Assembly (NCBI GenBank): GCA_949289565.1
Contig: CASEOO010000030.1
Location: 145,813-209,812, forward strand
Direction: 5' to 3'
DNA from: an uncultured Bacteroidales bacterium
Lineage (GTDB): Bacteria > Bacteroidota > Bacteroidia > Bacteroidales > UBA932
DNA length: 64,000 nucleotides
Shown: in pieces, positions 1 to 9,956 of the stretch
Layout: every line of letters starts with the position of its first letter
Numbering within the stretch: position 1 is the stretch's first letter
Notes under the pieces: generated by a model
Told to the model about the DNA's origin: nothing
Databases searched by the model: none
What the model saw: the letters and a program-made list of their open reading frames with translations, nothing else
Program-made: the position numbers and the translations under genes

Positions 1-30
1 GGTTCGGCTGAACTTATGCTCCGCTAAGCT

Positions 31-1197
31 GTGATTTATGTCCACATCCCTTTCTGCAGGAGCTTCTGCACATATTGCGGATTCTATTCTGAGGTTTGTC
101 TCAAAGGAAGCCGGAAAGAAGCCCGGACAGAATTGTTCGCCGAAGCGCTGAAGAATGAACTATTGGCCAGGCGCGAAGAGGCATGTGGCAGTCCTGGCAC
201 GTTGTATATAGGAGGCGGCACCCCGTCGGTGCTGCCTCCTTCTGTTCTTTCCTCTATAGTGGAGGCCGTCAATGCCTCCCGGGGTACAGAAAAGGCTTAT
301 GATGAGTTTACGGTCGAAGTGAACCCGGACGACATCGTCTCCGGCGGGCCGCGATATGCCGAGTTCCTTCTTTCTCTCGGAGTGGACAGAGTCAGCATGG
401 GCATACAGTCTTTTGATGACGGCATTCTGAAATGGATGAACAGGAGACATGATGCCGGAGAAGCCTCGGAAGCGTACAGGATACTGAGACAGGCCGGGAT
501 TAAGAATGTAAGCCTGGATTTGATTTTCGGCATTCCGCGGCTTGATGACAGAATGTGGAACTGGACTCTGGACAGGATTCTGGATTTGCCGGAAGGTCTC
601 CCGGAGCATATATCGGCTTACCAGCTTTCTGTAGAGGAAGGTTCAGTTCTCGAGCGTCTTGTCATGTCCGGCAGATGCCGCGAGGCCTCGGAAGAGGAAT
701 GCTCCAGACAGTATGAGACATTGTGCTCCAGGCTGGCAGATGCCGGATATCATCATTATGAAGTGTCGAATTTTGCCTTGCCCGGCCATGAGGCAGTGCA
801 CAATTCTGCATATTGGGCCGGCAGGCCTTACCTGGGACTTGGGCCCGGGGCTCATTCTTTCAGAGTCGAAGACGGCAGTCATGTGAGGAGCTGGAATCCG
901 CCATCTGTAGATAAGTATATTGCAGTTTTCGGTTCAGTGGAGGGGCTGGAAAAACGGATGGCCGGATACAGGAGGTCTGAGATATTGACTGATGAGCAGA
1001 TTTCTCTTGAGGCAGTCATGCTTATGCTGAGAACTGACAAGGGAATGCCTGAGCATCTTCTCAGAACATCTGGAGATTCAGCGGCCATAGACAGGATGCT
1101 CCATGCAGGAAACCTTGTACGTCTTCCAGATGGGCATGTGCGGATACCTGAGTCTAAATTCTTCGTTTCTGACTCTATTATAGCCGCTATAGCCTGA
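31..1197 (+). CDS. hemW: Radical SAM heme chaperone HemW (HemN-like)
   Basis: IYVHIPFCRSFCTYCGF (CxxxCxxC) at the N-terminus, GGGTPS, HYEVSNFA, HNSAYW, YLGLGPGAHS; GTG start. Confidence 0.88.
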   Translation: MIYVHIPFCRSFCTYCGFYSEVCLKGSRKEARTELFAEALKNELLARREEACGSPGTLYIGGGTPSVLPPSVLSSIVEAVNASRGTEKAYDEFTVEVNPDDIVSGGPRYAEFLLSLGVDRVSMGIQSFDDGILKWMNRRHDAGEASEAYRILRQAGIKNVSLDLIFGIPRLDDRMWNWTLDRILDLPEGLPEHISAYQLSVEEGSVLERLVMSGRCREASEEECSRQYETLCSRLADAGYHHYEVSNFALPGHEAVHNSAYWAGRPYLGLGPGAHSFRVEDGSHVRSWNPPSVDKYIAVFGSVEGLEKRMAGYRRSEILTDEQISLEAVMLMLRTDKGMPEHLLRTSGDSAAIDRMLHAGNLVRLPDGHVRIPESKFFVSDSIIAAIA

Positions 1198-1255
1198 AAG
1201 TTTGCATTGTCTGAGGCGGCACGCTGAAGACAGCTGAAATATAAATGTTTTTATT

Positions 1256-3049
1256 ATGAATATTTACGCAGAGAGAATTCAGAATCTTCGTGCACTTATG
1301 AGGAGCAACGGATGGGATGCGGCTGTCATCTCCGGCTCTGACCCTCACGCGAGTGAATATTCGGCCGGAAGATGGCGGCAGGTGGCATGGCTTTCCGGCT
1401 TTACGGGAGAAGCCGGGGACTTGGTCGTAACGGCTGACCATGCAGGGCTGTGGACAGATTCCAGGTTCTTCATTCAGGCAGGACTCCAGCTGGAAGGCAC
1501 AGGCGTGGAACTGCACAAGACTCGCGTGCCTGGCGCTGAAAGTATTTCGGAATGGCTTTCCGGAAGGGTTTCAACCGTAGCTGTTGATGGCTTGTGCCAG
1601 ACAGTCGATTCGGTGGCGGATCTGGAGAAAGCAGGGTTCACAGTCGTGGATGTCCCTGATATGTTGTCTCCGCTGTGGCCAGACAGGCCGGATGTACCTT
1701 CCACTCCAGTGATGACCCTGTCTGAGGAATCTGCAGGGCAGTCCAGCTACGACAAATTGACAAGGCTTCGTAAATTTCTGATGCTCAATGACTGCGACTG
1801 CATTTTTATTTCCGCTTTGGATCAGATAGCCTGGCTGCTGAATGTCCGCGGGGAAGATATAGAATATAATCCTTATGTGATTTCTTACTTGCTTGTCACC
1901 CAGTCTGATGCTATGTGGTTTGTAAAAAAGGAAGAAGGCTCGCTGGACCCTGATACCGAGGACAGTTTTCAGGAGCTGGAAGCCGATGGCATCTCCATAC
2001 TGCCATACCATGATGTGAAACCTGCTCTGGCAGAGTTTTTCAGGTCAGAGGCTCCGGCTGTCTTTCTGGATTTTTCGACTCTCAACTACTCTCTGTATCA
2101 ATATATATCAGAGTCCGCCGGCGAAGAGAATATCGTCAGGGGCGTGTCTCCCGTGACGCTGTGGAAAGCAGTGAAGAATGACGCAGAAATAGAAGGAATG
2201 AGGGAAGCATTCCTCGAAGACGGCCTGGCAATGGAAAAATTCCTCTACTGGCTGGATTCGGAAGTTCATTCCGGCAGGACTGTCACTGAGCGGGAGGCCT
2301 CGGACAAGCTTACAGCGCTGAGATCGGAAATCCCAGGCTACAGAGGCGACAGCTTCGCCAATATTTCCGCTTACGGGCCTGATGCCGCGCTTCCTCACTA
2401 TTCCACTCCTGAGTGCGGCTCCGCCGCAATACTGCCTCGCGGCCTCTATCTGACAGATTCCGGAGGCCAATACCTCTTCGGAACCACAGACATCACGCGC
2501 ACTGTCCCGATGGGGGAATGCTCGTACCTTGAAAAAGAAGATTATACCTTGGTGCTGAAAGGGATGATAGCCCTTGCCAGGGCAATATTCCCGTCCGGGA
2601 CTGCCGGATGCCAGCTGGATATCCTGGCCAGAAACCCTCTATGGCAGAATGTCAGGAACTTCGGCCATGGAACGGGGCATGGTGTAGGCTTTTATTCCGG
2701 AGTGCATGAAGGCCCGCAGGATATCAGGCAGAATTTCAATTCCCAGCCTATTCTTCCGGGCATGGTCACTTCTGACGAGCCTGGAATCTACAGGGAGGGC
2801 CAGCATGGAGTCAGGCATGAGAATATTCTTCTCTGCCGAGAACTGAATGAAAACGCTTTCGGGTCATGGCTCTGTTTCGAGACTCTCACTCTCTGCCATA
2901 TAGACACATCCGCCATCATCAGAGACCTGATGACAGCGGATGAGATAGAGTGGCTGAACGGCTATAACAGGCATGTCTTCGATGTCCTCTCGCCAAGGCT
3001 GGACGAAGATGTCACAGCATGGCTTCGTTCGAAGACTCGTCCTGTATAG
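1256..3049 (+). CDS. Xaa-Pro aminopeptidase (aminopeptidase P, M24B)
   Basis: DPHASEY, SGFTGEAG, DSGGQY-GTTDITRT, HGTGHGVG, VHEGPQ, DEPGIY, GVRHEN metal-binding motifs. Confidence 0.92.
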   Translation: MNIYAERIQNLRALMRSNGWDAAVISGSDPHASEYSAGRWRQVAWLSGFTGEAGDLVVTADHAGLWTDSRFFIQAGLQLEGTGVELHKTRVPGAESISEWLSGRVSTVAVDGLCQTVDSVADLEKAGFTVVDVPDMLSPLWPDRPDVPSTPVMTLSEESAGQSSYDKLTRLRKFLMLNDCDCIFISALDQIAWLLNVRGEDIEYNPYVISYLLVTQSDAMWFVKKEEGSLDPDTEDSFQELEADGISILPYHDVKPALAEFFRSEAPAVFLDFSTLNYSLYQYISESAGEENIVRGVSPVTLWKAVKNDAEIEGMREAFLEDGLAMEKFLYWLDSEVHSGRTVTEREASDKLTALRSEIPGYRGDSFANISAYGPDAALPHYSTPECGSAAILPRGLYLTDSGGQYLFGTTDITRTVPMGECSYLEKEDYTLVLKGMIALARAIFPSGTAGCQLDILARNPLWQNVRNFGHGTGHGVGFYSGVHEGPQDIRQNFNSQPILPGMVTSDEPGIYREGQHGVRHENILLCRELNENAFGSWLCFETLTLCHIDTSAIIRDLMTADEIEWLNGYNRHVFDVLSPRLDEDVTAWLRSKTRPV

Positions 3050-3051
3050 TG

Positions 3052-4398
3052 TTATTCAGCGAGGTTTTTCGCGATTTCATCGTCTGAAAGCGAATAGTCT
3101 ACAAGGTTTCCTGCGAGATACTGGTCATATGATGCCATATCTACCAGTCCATGGCCGGAAAGATTGAACAGGATGACCTTGTTTTCGCCGGTTTCCTTGC
3201 ATTTCAATGCTTCCCGTATAGTGGCCGCTATAGCATGGCAGGATTCAGGGGCAGGGATGATTCCTTCTGCTTTGGCGAACAGGCATCCTGCCTTGAATGA
3301 CTCAATCTGCTGTATGTCCACAGCTTCCATAAGCCCGTCTTTCAGCAGCTGCGACACTATCACCCCGGCGCCGTGATACCTGAGACCTCCGGCATGGATG
3401 TTTGCAGGCTTGAACTTGTGCCCTAAGGTGAACATAGGGAGAAGCGGTGTATACCCTGTTTCATCTCCGAAATCGTACTCAAACTTTCCTTTGGTGAGTT
3501 TCGGACAGGAAGCAGGCTCGGCTGCAATGAACCTGGTTTTCTTTCCGTCCAGGATATTGTGCCGCAGGAAAGGGAATGATATCCCGCCGAAATTGGAGCC
3601 TCCGCCGAAGCAGGCTATCACCATGTCCGGGTATTCTCCTGCCATTTCCATCTGCTTTTCAGCTTCAAGCCCTATCACAGTCTGGTGCAGGGTGACATGG
3701 CTCATCACAGACCCGAGGGTGTATTTGCATCCCGGAGTCATCTGTGCCAGTTCTACAGCTTCCGATATAGCTGTTCCGAGCGACCCCTGGTGGTTAGGGT
3801 CTTTCGTCAGAATATCCTTTCCGGCCCTTGTGGTCATGGACGGGGACGGTATGACCTGTGCTCCGAAAACCTGCATGATGCTGCGCCTGTATGGCTTCTG
3901 CTCATAGCTGATTTTCACTTGGTATACCGCGGCCTCGATGCCGAAGAGCTTCGCGGCATATGAAAGCGCCGCTCCCCACTGCCCGGCCCCGGTTTCAGTG
4001 GTGACATTTGTGACGCCCTCCTGTTTGCAGTAATATGCCTGGGCGAGGGCGGAATTCAGCTTGTGCGAGCCCACCGGGCTGACGCTTTCGTTCTTGAAAT
4101 ATATATGGGCAGGTGTCCCTAACGCTTCTTCAAGTCCGTATGCACGCACCAGGGGAGTGGAGCGGTAGTAGGCGTACATTTCTCTTACTTTTTCAGGAAT
4201 ATCTATCCATCGGTCTGTCTGGTTGAGTTCCTGTTTGCATAGTTCCTTGGCGAAAATAGGAAAGAGGTCTTCGGCTTTCATAGGTTGCTTTGTAGCCGGA
4301 TTCAGCAGAGGCATTGGCTTGTTGATCATGTCTGCCTGGATGTTGTACCATTGCTTTGGCAGGTCGGCCTCATTCAGAAAAAATCGTTTCTGTTTCAT
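3052..4398 (-). CDS. trpB2: TrpB-like PLP-dependent enzyme (tryptophan synthase beta, TrpB2 type)
   Basis: GSHKLNSA (PLP lysine), TETGAGQWG, FGGGSNFGG, IHAGGLRYHG, FNLSGHG; about 450 aa, no adjacent trpA. Confidence 0.9.
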   Translation of the reverse strand: MKQKRFFLNEADLPKQWYNIQADMINKPMPLLNPATKQPMKAEDLFPIFAKELCKQELNQTDRWIDIPEKVREMYAYYRSTPLVRAYGLEEALGTPAHIYFKNESVSPVGSHKLNSALAQAYYCKQEGVTNVTTETGAGQWGAALSYAAKLFGIEAAVYQVKISYEQKPYRRSIMQVFGAQVIPSPSMTTRAGKDILTKDPNHQGSLGTAISEAVELAQMTPGCKYTLGSVMSHVTLHQTVIGLEAEKQMEMAGEYPDMVIACFGGGSNFGGISFPFLRHNILDGKKTRFIAAEPASCPKLTKGKFEYDFGDETGYTPLLPMFTLGHKFKPANIHAGGLRYHGAGVIVSQLLKDGLMEAVDIQQIESFKAGCLFAKAEGIIPAPESCHAIAATIREALKCKETGENKVILFNLSGHGLVDMASYDQYLAGNLVDYSLSDDEIAKNLAE

Positions 4399-4460
4399 GA
4401 CGCGATGAATTTAAGTTTGTTTTATATGTGTTGTTTTATCCTGAAAGGATCATATGAGGT

Positions 4461-4499
4461 AAAAAAGAAGCCGGTCAGATTTGTTCCGGCCGGCTTCTT
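4461..4499 (-). terminator. Intrinsic terminator after sdhC
   Basis: AAGAAGCCGG...CCGGCTTCTT stem followed by a T-run on the minus strand. Confidence 0.75.
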
Positions 4500-4520
4500 A
4501 AAGTTTCTGTCTGAAATTCC

Positions 4521-5201
4521 TTATGCCATTATGTAAGCGTTGATCGCTGTGGCGGTGAATCCGAGGAAAATCAGTGTTGCAAATATGTATGCAATGACTT
4601 TAAGTCGCTTCAGCCAAATCATGTTGTTCCAGCCGATGGTCTGGAATGCGCTCCAGAAACCATGAGTCAGGTGGAACCAGAGAGCTCCGAACCAGATAAT
4701 GTAAAGCACCAGCACCCACCAGTGTCCGAATGTGGTTGTAAGCAGAAGGTATGGATCCACGGCCTCTTCGCCCATGAACTCTTTCAGCTGCATGTCAGCC
4801 CAGAAATGGGTAAGGTGGAATGCCAGGAAACCCAGCACAATGATACCCAGGACTATCATGTTTTTGGAAGCCCATGAATCTGCTTTCGCCTTGCTGGCTA
4901 CTTTGTAACGGAAATATCCTCCGCGTGTATTGAGGTTGTGCAGAGTCAGGATGATGGCGTAGATGATATGGATGATGAAGCCGAATGCAAGAACCGGCAC
5001 CATTATAGTCACGATAGGAAGAGACATGAACTCGCATCCCATGGCGAAAAGTCCGTCAGGCGCCCCGAAGTTACCTGTACATGAATCGATGATGGAGAAT
5101 GAGTTGATGGTAAGATGGAGCAAGAGGAAGATGATGAGGAACAGTCCGCTGATACTCATTATGAGTTTCTTGCCGATCGAAGATGTAAAAATGTTTGCCA
5201 T
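4521..5201 (-). CDS. sdhC: Succinate dehydrogenase/fumarate reductase cytochrome b subunit
   Basis: SSIGKKLIMSISGLFL...HL..N, HLTHFW, HLTHGFWSAFQTIGW; five hydrophobic segments with heme-ligand histidines. Confidence 0.9.
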   Translation of the reverse strand: MANIFTSSIGKKLIMSISGLFLIIFLLLHLTINSFSIIDSCTGNFGAPDGLFAMGCEFMSLPIVTIMVPVLAFGFIIHIIYAIILTLHNLNTRGGYFRYKVASKAKADSWASKNMIVLGIIVLGFLAFHLTHFWADMQLKEFMGEEAVDPYLLLTTTFGHWWVLVLYIIWFGALWFHLTHGFWSAFQTIGWNNMIWLKRLKVIAYIFATLIFLGFTATAINAYIMA

Positions 5202-5241
5202 ATCAGTATCCTAAAAAATTGCGTTTAAGACTTCAGTTGTG

Positions 5242-5289
5242 CAAAGATATATTCTTTCTTGCAAGTTTCATAATAAAATGATATTTTTG
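5242..5289. promoter_or_regulatory. Back-to-back Bacteroidetes sigma70 -7 elements for sdhC (minus) and pyrH (plus)
   Basis: CAAAGATA at 5242-5249 (TATCTTTG on minus) and TATTTTTG at 5282-5289; both match TAnnTTTG. Confidence 0.55.
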
Positions 5290-5315
5290 TTTGCCTTAAA
5301 TTTAAATATCGGATT

Positions 5316-6020
5316 ATGTACAAACGCGTATTGCTTAAGCTCAGCGGAGAAAGCCTGGGCGGGCCTTCCGGGAAGGGCATAAGCGAAGACATGCTTGCCG
5401 CTTATGCGGAGGAAATAGCCGCGGCCGTCAGGGCGGGGCTTCAGGTCTCCATCGTCATCGGCGGCGGGAATATATTCAGGGGCCTTTCAGGTGTGGGCAA
5501 GGGCTTTGACAGAGTGAACGGCGACAAGATGGGAATGCTGGCCACGGTCATAAATTCTCTGGGGCTGGCCATGGCCATCCGGTCTGCCGGAGTGGAGGCG
5601 GAAGTGTTTACAGCTACTCCGATGATGCCTGTGGCCAGATATTATATGAGGGACGATGCGGTGGCTTTCATGGAGAAAGGAGGGGTTTCGCTCATTGCCG
5701 GAGGCACAGGGAATCCATTCTTCACCACAGATTCGGGCGCCGCTCTGCGTGCTCTGGAGATAGGGGCTGACGCGCTTCTGAAAGGAACCAGGGTGGACGG
5801 GGTGTATACTGCCGACCCTGAAAAAGACCCGTCAGCTGTCAAATATGATGAACTTACATTCGACAAGGCTATTGAAGACCATCTGAAAGTGATGGACCAG
5901 ACGGCTTTCGCCCTGTGCAGGGAAGGCAATATGCCTATAATAGTCTTCGACATGAATGCCAAAGGCAATCTGACTAAACTTGTCAATGGCGAGAAAGTCG
6001 GGACGCTCGTGCATGTTTAG
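5316..6020 (+). CDS. pyrH: UMP kinase
   Basis: RVLLKLSGE, GGGNIFRG, D.MGMLATVIN, GTGNPFFTTD, DGVYTADP. Confidence 0.97.
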   Translation: MYKRVLLKLSGESLGGPSGKGISEDMLAAYAEEIAAAVRAGLQVSIVIGGGNIFRGLSGVGKGFDRVNGDKMGMLATVINSLGLAMAIRSAGVEAEVFTATPMMPVARYYMRDDAVAFMEKGGVSLIAGGTGNPFFTTDSGAALRALEIGADALLKGTRVDGVYTADPEKDPSAVKYDELTFDKAIEDHLKVMDQTAFALCREGNMPIIVFDMNAKGNLTKLVNGEKVGTLVHV

Positions 6021-6044
6021 AATTGAAAAACAAATATTGACATT

Positions 6045-6608
6045 ATGATAGATAAAGCAAAAGAACTCGTGTCATCGGCCAAGACGAAGATGTCCGATGC
6101 TGTGAAATTTCTGGAAGAAGACCTTAAAACATACAGGGTGGGAAAGGCAAATCCGCTGATATTCAACAATGTGCTTGTTGATTATTATGGAACGCCGACT
6201 CCGGTGCCTCAGGTGGCATCTGTGACTGTTCCTGATGCCAAGACTATTCTGATCCAGCCTTGGGAGAAGAAAATGATACCTGTCATCGAGAAGGCTATCA
6301 TGGATGCGAACATCGGCCTCACTCCGCAGAACAACGGCGAGAGCATCAGGTGCAACGTGCCGCCTCTCACTGAGGACAGGAGGAAAGAGCTGATCAAGAA
6401 AGTGAAGGCTGCCGGCGAAAATGCGAAAGTGGTGGTCAGAAATGCACGCCGCGATGCTATCGACGCTTTGAAAAAGGCGCAGAAAGAAGGCCTTCCTGAG
6501 GATGCTGAGAAAGATTTCGAGCAGAATGTGCAGAAAGAGACTGACTCTTTCGTCAAGAAAGTGGATGAACTCGTATCTTCAAAGGAGAAAGAGATTCTCA
6601 CAGTGTAG
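6045..6608 (+). CDS. frr: Ribosome recycling factor
   Basis: VDYYGTPTP..QVA, IQPWEK, P.LTEDRRKEL, RNARRDA; follows pyrH. Confidence 0.97.
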   Translation: MIDKAKELVSSAKTKMSDAVKFLEEDLKTYRVGKANPLIFNNVLVDYYGTPTPVPQVASVTVPDAKTILIQPWEKKMIPVIEKAIMDANIGLTPQNNGESIRCNVPPLTEDRRKELIKKVKAAGENAKVVVRNARRDAIDALKKAQKEGLPEDAEKDFEQNVQKETDSFVKKVDELVSSKEKEILTV

Positions 6609-6692
6609 TGCTGAATTTTTTAAGAAAATTTAAACGGCTTCCGGCAGAATCAAAAGAAAAATTCCTTATATTTGCCAGGAACATTTGAGAGC

Positions 6693-6749
6693 ATGAACAA
6701 ACGATTTAGCGCATACGGTTATTTTTATTTCTATTTCCAGAAAAGGTGA
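6693..6749 (+). CDS. Phe/Tyr-rich attenuator leader peptide MNKRFSAYGYFYFYFQKR
   Basis: 18-codon ORF with 4 Phe and 4 Tyr codons, including a YFYFYF run; lies just after a TATATTTG promoter element and before a terminator and pheA. Confidence 0.85.
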   Translation: MNKRFSAYGYFYFYFQKR

Positions 6750-6796
6750 TAGCCGGGCGTTGCGTGTAGTACAATATAATAATAAGGATTTATGTT

Positions 6797-6828
6797 GGAG
6801 CTGTCCGGTATCGGATAGCTCCTTTTTT
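6797..6828 (+). terminator. Attenuator terminator upstream of pheA
   Basis: GGAGCTGTCCG/CGGATAGCTCC stem (one G-U pair) followed by TTTTTT, between the leader peptide and pheA. Confidence 0.85.
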
Positions 6829-6875
6829 ATGCATGGATTCCTCCGGGATGTGCAGACGAAAATTAGAAACGAAAT

Positions 6876-7727
6876 ATGAATCAGACAGAAAATTCAGCGC
6901 GAAGAGTGGCTATACAGGGCTATCATGGATGTTTCCATGAGCAGGCGGCCCGTATTTTCTACAGCAAGTACGACGGGAAAGTTCCTGAAATCGTGGAGTG
7001 CCCTACATTTGACGGCCTGTACAGCAGCATTGATGCAGGAAAAGCCGATGCGGCTGTGATGGCTATAGAGAATACTGTTTCAGGCGGGCTGCTTCCGAAT
7101 TTTGAATTGCTCAGAAAGTACAATGTGAAAATAAAGGGTGAAGTATTTCTTCGCATCCAGCAGAATCTGATGGCTCTTCCAGGTCAGAAGATTGAGGATA
7201 TTCACGAGGTGAGGACGCATTATATGGCGATTAACCAGACGCGTCAGTTCTTCCAGACATGTCCGTGGATACGGCTGGTGGAGTCAGAAGATACAGCGAA
7301 AAGCGCCGCTGACGTAGCGGAACAGAGGCTGGAGGGTGTCGGAGCTGTGGCATCCCTGCTGGCCGCGGACCTGTATGGGCTTGAAGTGCTGAAAGAAAGC
7401 ATAGAAACATACAAGCAGAATTTCACGAGATTCCTCATCCTGGATGACAGCATCATAGTGCCCAAGGAGAAAGTGAACAAAGTGTCGCTCTGCTTCACGC
7501 TTCCGCACAAGGCAGGCTCTCTGGCGCAGATACTCACAATTCTGTCATTTTACGACATGAATCTGACCAGGATACAGTCGCTGCCTATCCCTGGAAGATC
7601 GTGGCAGTATTTCTTTTATGCAGACATCAAGTTCGACAGCTATCTGCGTTACAGCCAGGCGATTTCAGCGGTGAGGCCGCTGATGGAAGACCTGAATATC
7701 CTGGGCGAATACGAGGCCGCTCTGTAA
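6876..7727 (+). CDS. pheA: Prephenate dehydratase with ACT domain
   Basis: VAIQG..G.FHEQAA, MAIENTVSG, NFTRFLIL, NLTRIQSLP, YFFYAD. Confidence 0.93.
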   Translation: MNQTENSARRVAIQGYHGCFHEQAARIFYSKYDGKVPEIVECPTFDGLYSSIDAGKADAAVMAIENTVSGGLLPNFELLRKYNVKIKGEVFLRIQQNLMALPGQKIEDIHEVRTHYMAINQTRQFFQTCPWIRLVESEDTAKSAADVAEQRLEGVGAVASLLAADLYGLEVLKESIETYKQNFTRFLILDDSIIVPKEKVNKVSLCFTLPHKAGSLAQILTILSFYDMNLTRIQSLPIPGRSWQYFFYADIKFDSYLRYSQAISAVRPLMEDLNILGEYEAAL

Positions 7728-7803
7728 GCGTACAGTCGAGGCCTTGCCCTCATGCGCAGTGCAGGAATGAGACGATAATTGGAAATGTAAAAGATAAATC
7801 AAT

Positions 7804-9006
7804 ATGATCATCAGTGCAGCAAAAAGGACAGAATCTGTCCAGGAATATTACTTCTCCAGAAAATTGAAGGAAATAGACAGGATGAATGCCGGGCGCGCCG
7901 CATCCGGAGATGAGAAAATTATAAACCTTGGAATCGGCGCTCCCGACGGTATGCCTCCTGCCGAGGCAATAGAGGCTCTCAAAGAGTCTGCCTCACAGCC
8001 CGGGAACCATGCATATCAGAGCTATATCGGCCTTCCGCAGCTGCGTCAGGCATTTGCTGACTGGTATGCAAGATACTACGGCGTCTCGCTTGATCCTGGA
8101 AAGGAAATCCAGCCTTTGGTGGGCTCGAAAGAGGGAATTCTTCTGATTTCACTTGCGTTTCTGAATCCGGGTGACAAAGTTCTGGTGCCGGACCCTGGAT
8201 ATCCCACCTATTCTTCTGCCACGGCGCTCACTGAGGCCGAGCTGGTGCCATATGACTTGAAGGCGGAAAATGGCTGGCGTCCTGATTTCGAAGCTTTGGA
8301 GAAGATGGACCTCAGCGGGGTGAAAATCATGTGGACTAACTATCCGAACATGCCTACAGGTGCTTCAGCGAGCATGGAATTATATGCAGAGCTGGTGGAT
8401 TTCGGACGCAGGCACGGCATCCTGATCTGCAATGACAATCCGTACAGCTTCATATTGAATGACCATCCGCTTTCCATTCTGGCTGTGCCTGGAGCCAAGG
8501 ACTGCTGTCTGGAACTCAACTCCCTGAGCAAGGCCCACAACATGTCCGGATGGCGTATCGGCATGGCGGCGGCTGACGCAGAGATCATAGCGCAGATATT
8601 GAAAGTGAAGAGCCAGATGGACTCCGGCATGTTCAAGCCGCTTCAGATGGCCGCTGTTGCCGCATTGTCGCAGGGGCCTGAGTGGTTCATGGCGCTGAAT
8701 GAAGAATATCGCAGGCGCAGAGTCCTCGCCGGCAGAATTTTCGACATCATCGGCGCTGAATACGACCATGACAGCAGCGGAATGTTCCTCTGGGGCAGGA
8801 TTTCTCCGGGAAACAGATTCTTGAAGCCTGAGCAGGCAGACGCTTCGCTAGGGGAGCAGGTTTCAGATGCCATATTGTACGGATGCGGCGTATTTATCAC
8901 TCCTGGCTTCATTTTCGGCAGGAACGGACGTGACTATATCCGTATTTCTCTCTGCGCGAAGCCGGAGGTTCTCGAACGTTCCGCAGAAAAAATCTCGAAA
9001 ATGTAA
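7804..9006 (+). CDS. PLP-dependent class I/II aminotransferase (likely aromatic amino-acid pathway)
   Basis: INLGIGAPD, GSKEG, PDPGYPTY, NYPNMPTG, DNPY, SLSKAHNMSGWRIG; located between pheA and tyrA. Confidence 0.88.
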   Translation: MIISAAKRTESVQEYYFSRKLKEIDRMNAGRAASGDEKIINLGIGAPDGMPPAEAIEALKESASQPGNHAYQSYIGLPQLRQAFADWYARYYGVSLDPGKEIQPLVGSKEGILLISLAFLNPGDKVLVPDPGYPTYSSATALTEAELVPYDLKAENGWRPDFEALEKMDLSGVKIMWTNYPNMPTGASASMELYAELVDFGRRHGILICNDNPYSFILNDHPLSILAVPGAKDCCLELNSLSKAHNMSGWRIGMAAADAEIIAQILKVKSQMDSGMFKPLQMAAVAALSQGPEWFMALNEEYRRRRVLAGRIFDIIGAEYDHDSSGMFLWGRISPGNRFLKPEQADASLGEQVSDAILYGCGVFITPGFIFGRNGRDYIRISLCAKPEVLERSAEKISKM

Positions 9007-9089
9007 AATCGGACGGCGAATACCGGATTTTTCCCGTAAATGAGGAAATGAAGACAGATGACGCTGTCGCGAAAAAGGAAAAACAGAAA

Positions 9090-9956
9090 ATGAAAGCAGG
9101 GATAATAGGATTAGGATTGATAGGCGGCTCAATGGCCATAGACCTGAAAAGAAGAGGCTTTGCAGATGAAATCATTGGTGTCGAAGCAGACAGTGTGAAT
9201 GCTTCTGCCGCAGAAAAAATCGGGCTGGCGGACAAGGTGCTTGGGATGGAAGAATGCGTGGCGGCGAGCGACTTGATCATATTGGCGGTGCCTGTCGGCT
9301 CTGCCGTGAAGATGCTGCCTGAAATTCTGGACATGTTCAAGGCGGAGGAGGCAGCGGCAGGAGTGTGCAGGAAAACAGTCATTGACGTCTGCTCTACTAA
9401 GGAGCAGCTGGCTAAAACCGTGCATTACCATCCTATGCGGACGCATTATGTAGCGACCCATCCGATGGCAGGGACTGAATATTCAGGCCCTTGGGCCGCC
9501 ATGCCTGGCCTGTTTGACGGCAGGGCCTGCATCATATGCAATCAGGAGGAATCTTCCCCTGCATCTGTCCATCTGGTGGAAAAACTGTATGACTGCCTGA
9601 ACATGAGGCCGATATATATGAATGCTTCCAGCCATGATGTACACACAGCGTATGTGTCGCACATTTCCCATATCACATCGTTTGCCCTGGCATTGACTGT
9701 CCTGGACAAGGAGAAGAATGAAAAGCATATCTTTGATCTGGCGTCCGGAGGTTTCTCTTCCACTGTCCGGCTGGCGAAGAGCAACGCAGACATGTGGGTG
9801 CCTATTTTCTCTCAGAACAGGGAAAACCTGCTGAAGGTCATAGATACATACATTGAGAAGGTCAATGCCTTCAGGCAGGCTATCGACGGGTTCGACGAAA
9901 AAGAAATCCGCACCCTGATCGAAGACGCCAACAGAATTAAGCGCATTATCCGGTAG
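9090..9956 (+). CDS. tyrA: Prephenate dehydrogenase (alternative start at 9048)
   Basis: GLGLIGGSMA Rossmann motif, HPMAGTEYSG, HDVHTAYVSH, GGFSSTVRLA. Confidence 0.92.
   Translation: MKAGIIGLGLIGGSMAIDLKRRGFADEIIGVEADSVNASAAEKIGLADKVLGMEECVAASDLIILAVPVGSAVKMLPEILDMFKAEEAAAGVCRKTVIDVCSTKEQLAKTVHYHPMRTHYVATHPMAGTEYSGPWAAMPGLFDGRACIICNQEESSPASVHLVEKLYDCLNMRPIYMNASSHDVHTAYVSHISHITSFALALTVLDKEKNEKHIFDLASGGFSSTVRLAKSNADMWVPIFSQNRENLLKVIDTYIEKVNAFRQAIDGFDEKEIRTLIEDANRIKRIIR

Noticed and set aside
4399..4520. Possible Trp leader peptide upstream of trpB2
   Set aside because: No small ORF with Trp codons in the spacer; the hairpin is explained as the sdhC terminator, and the Trp residues in SdhC are normal for that family.
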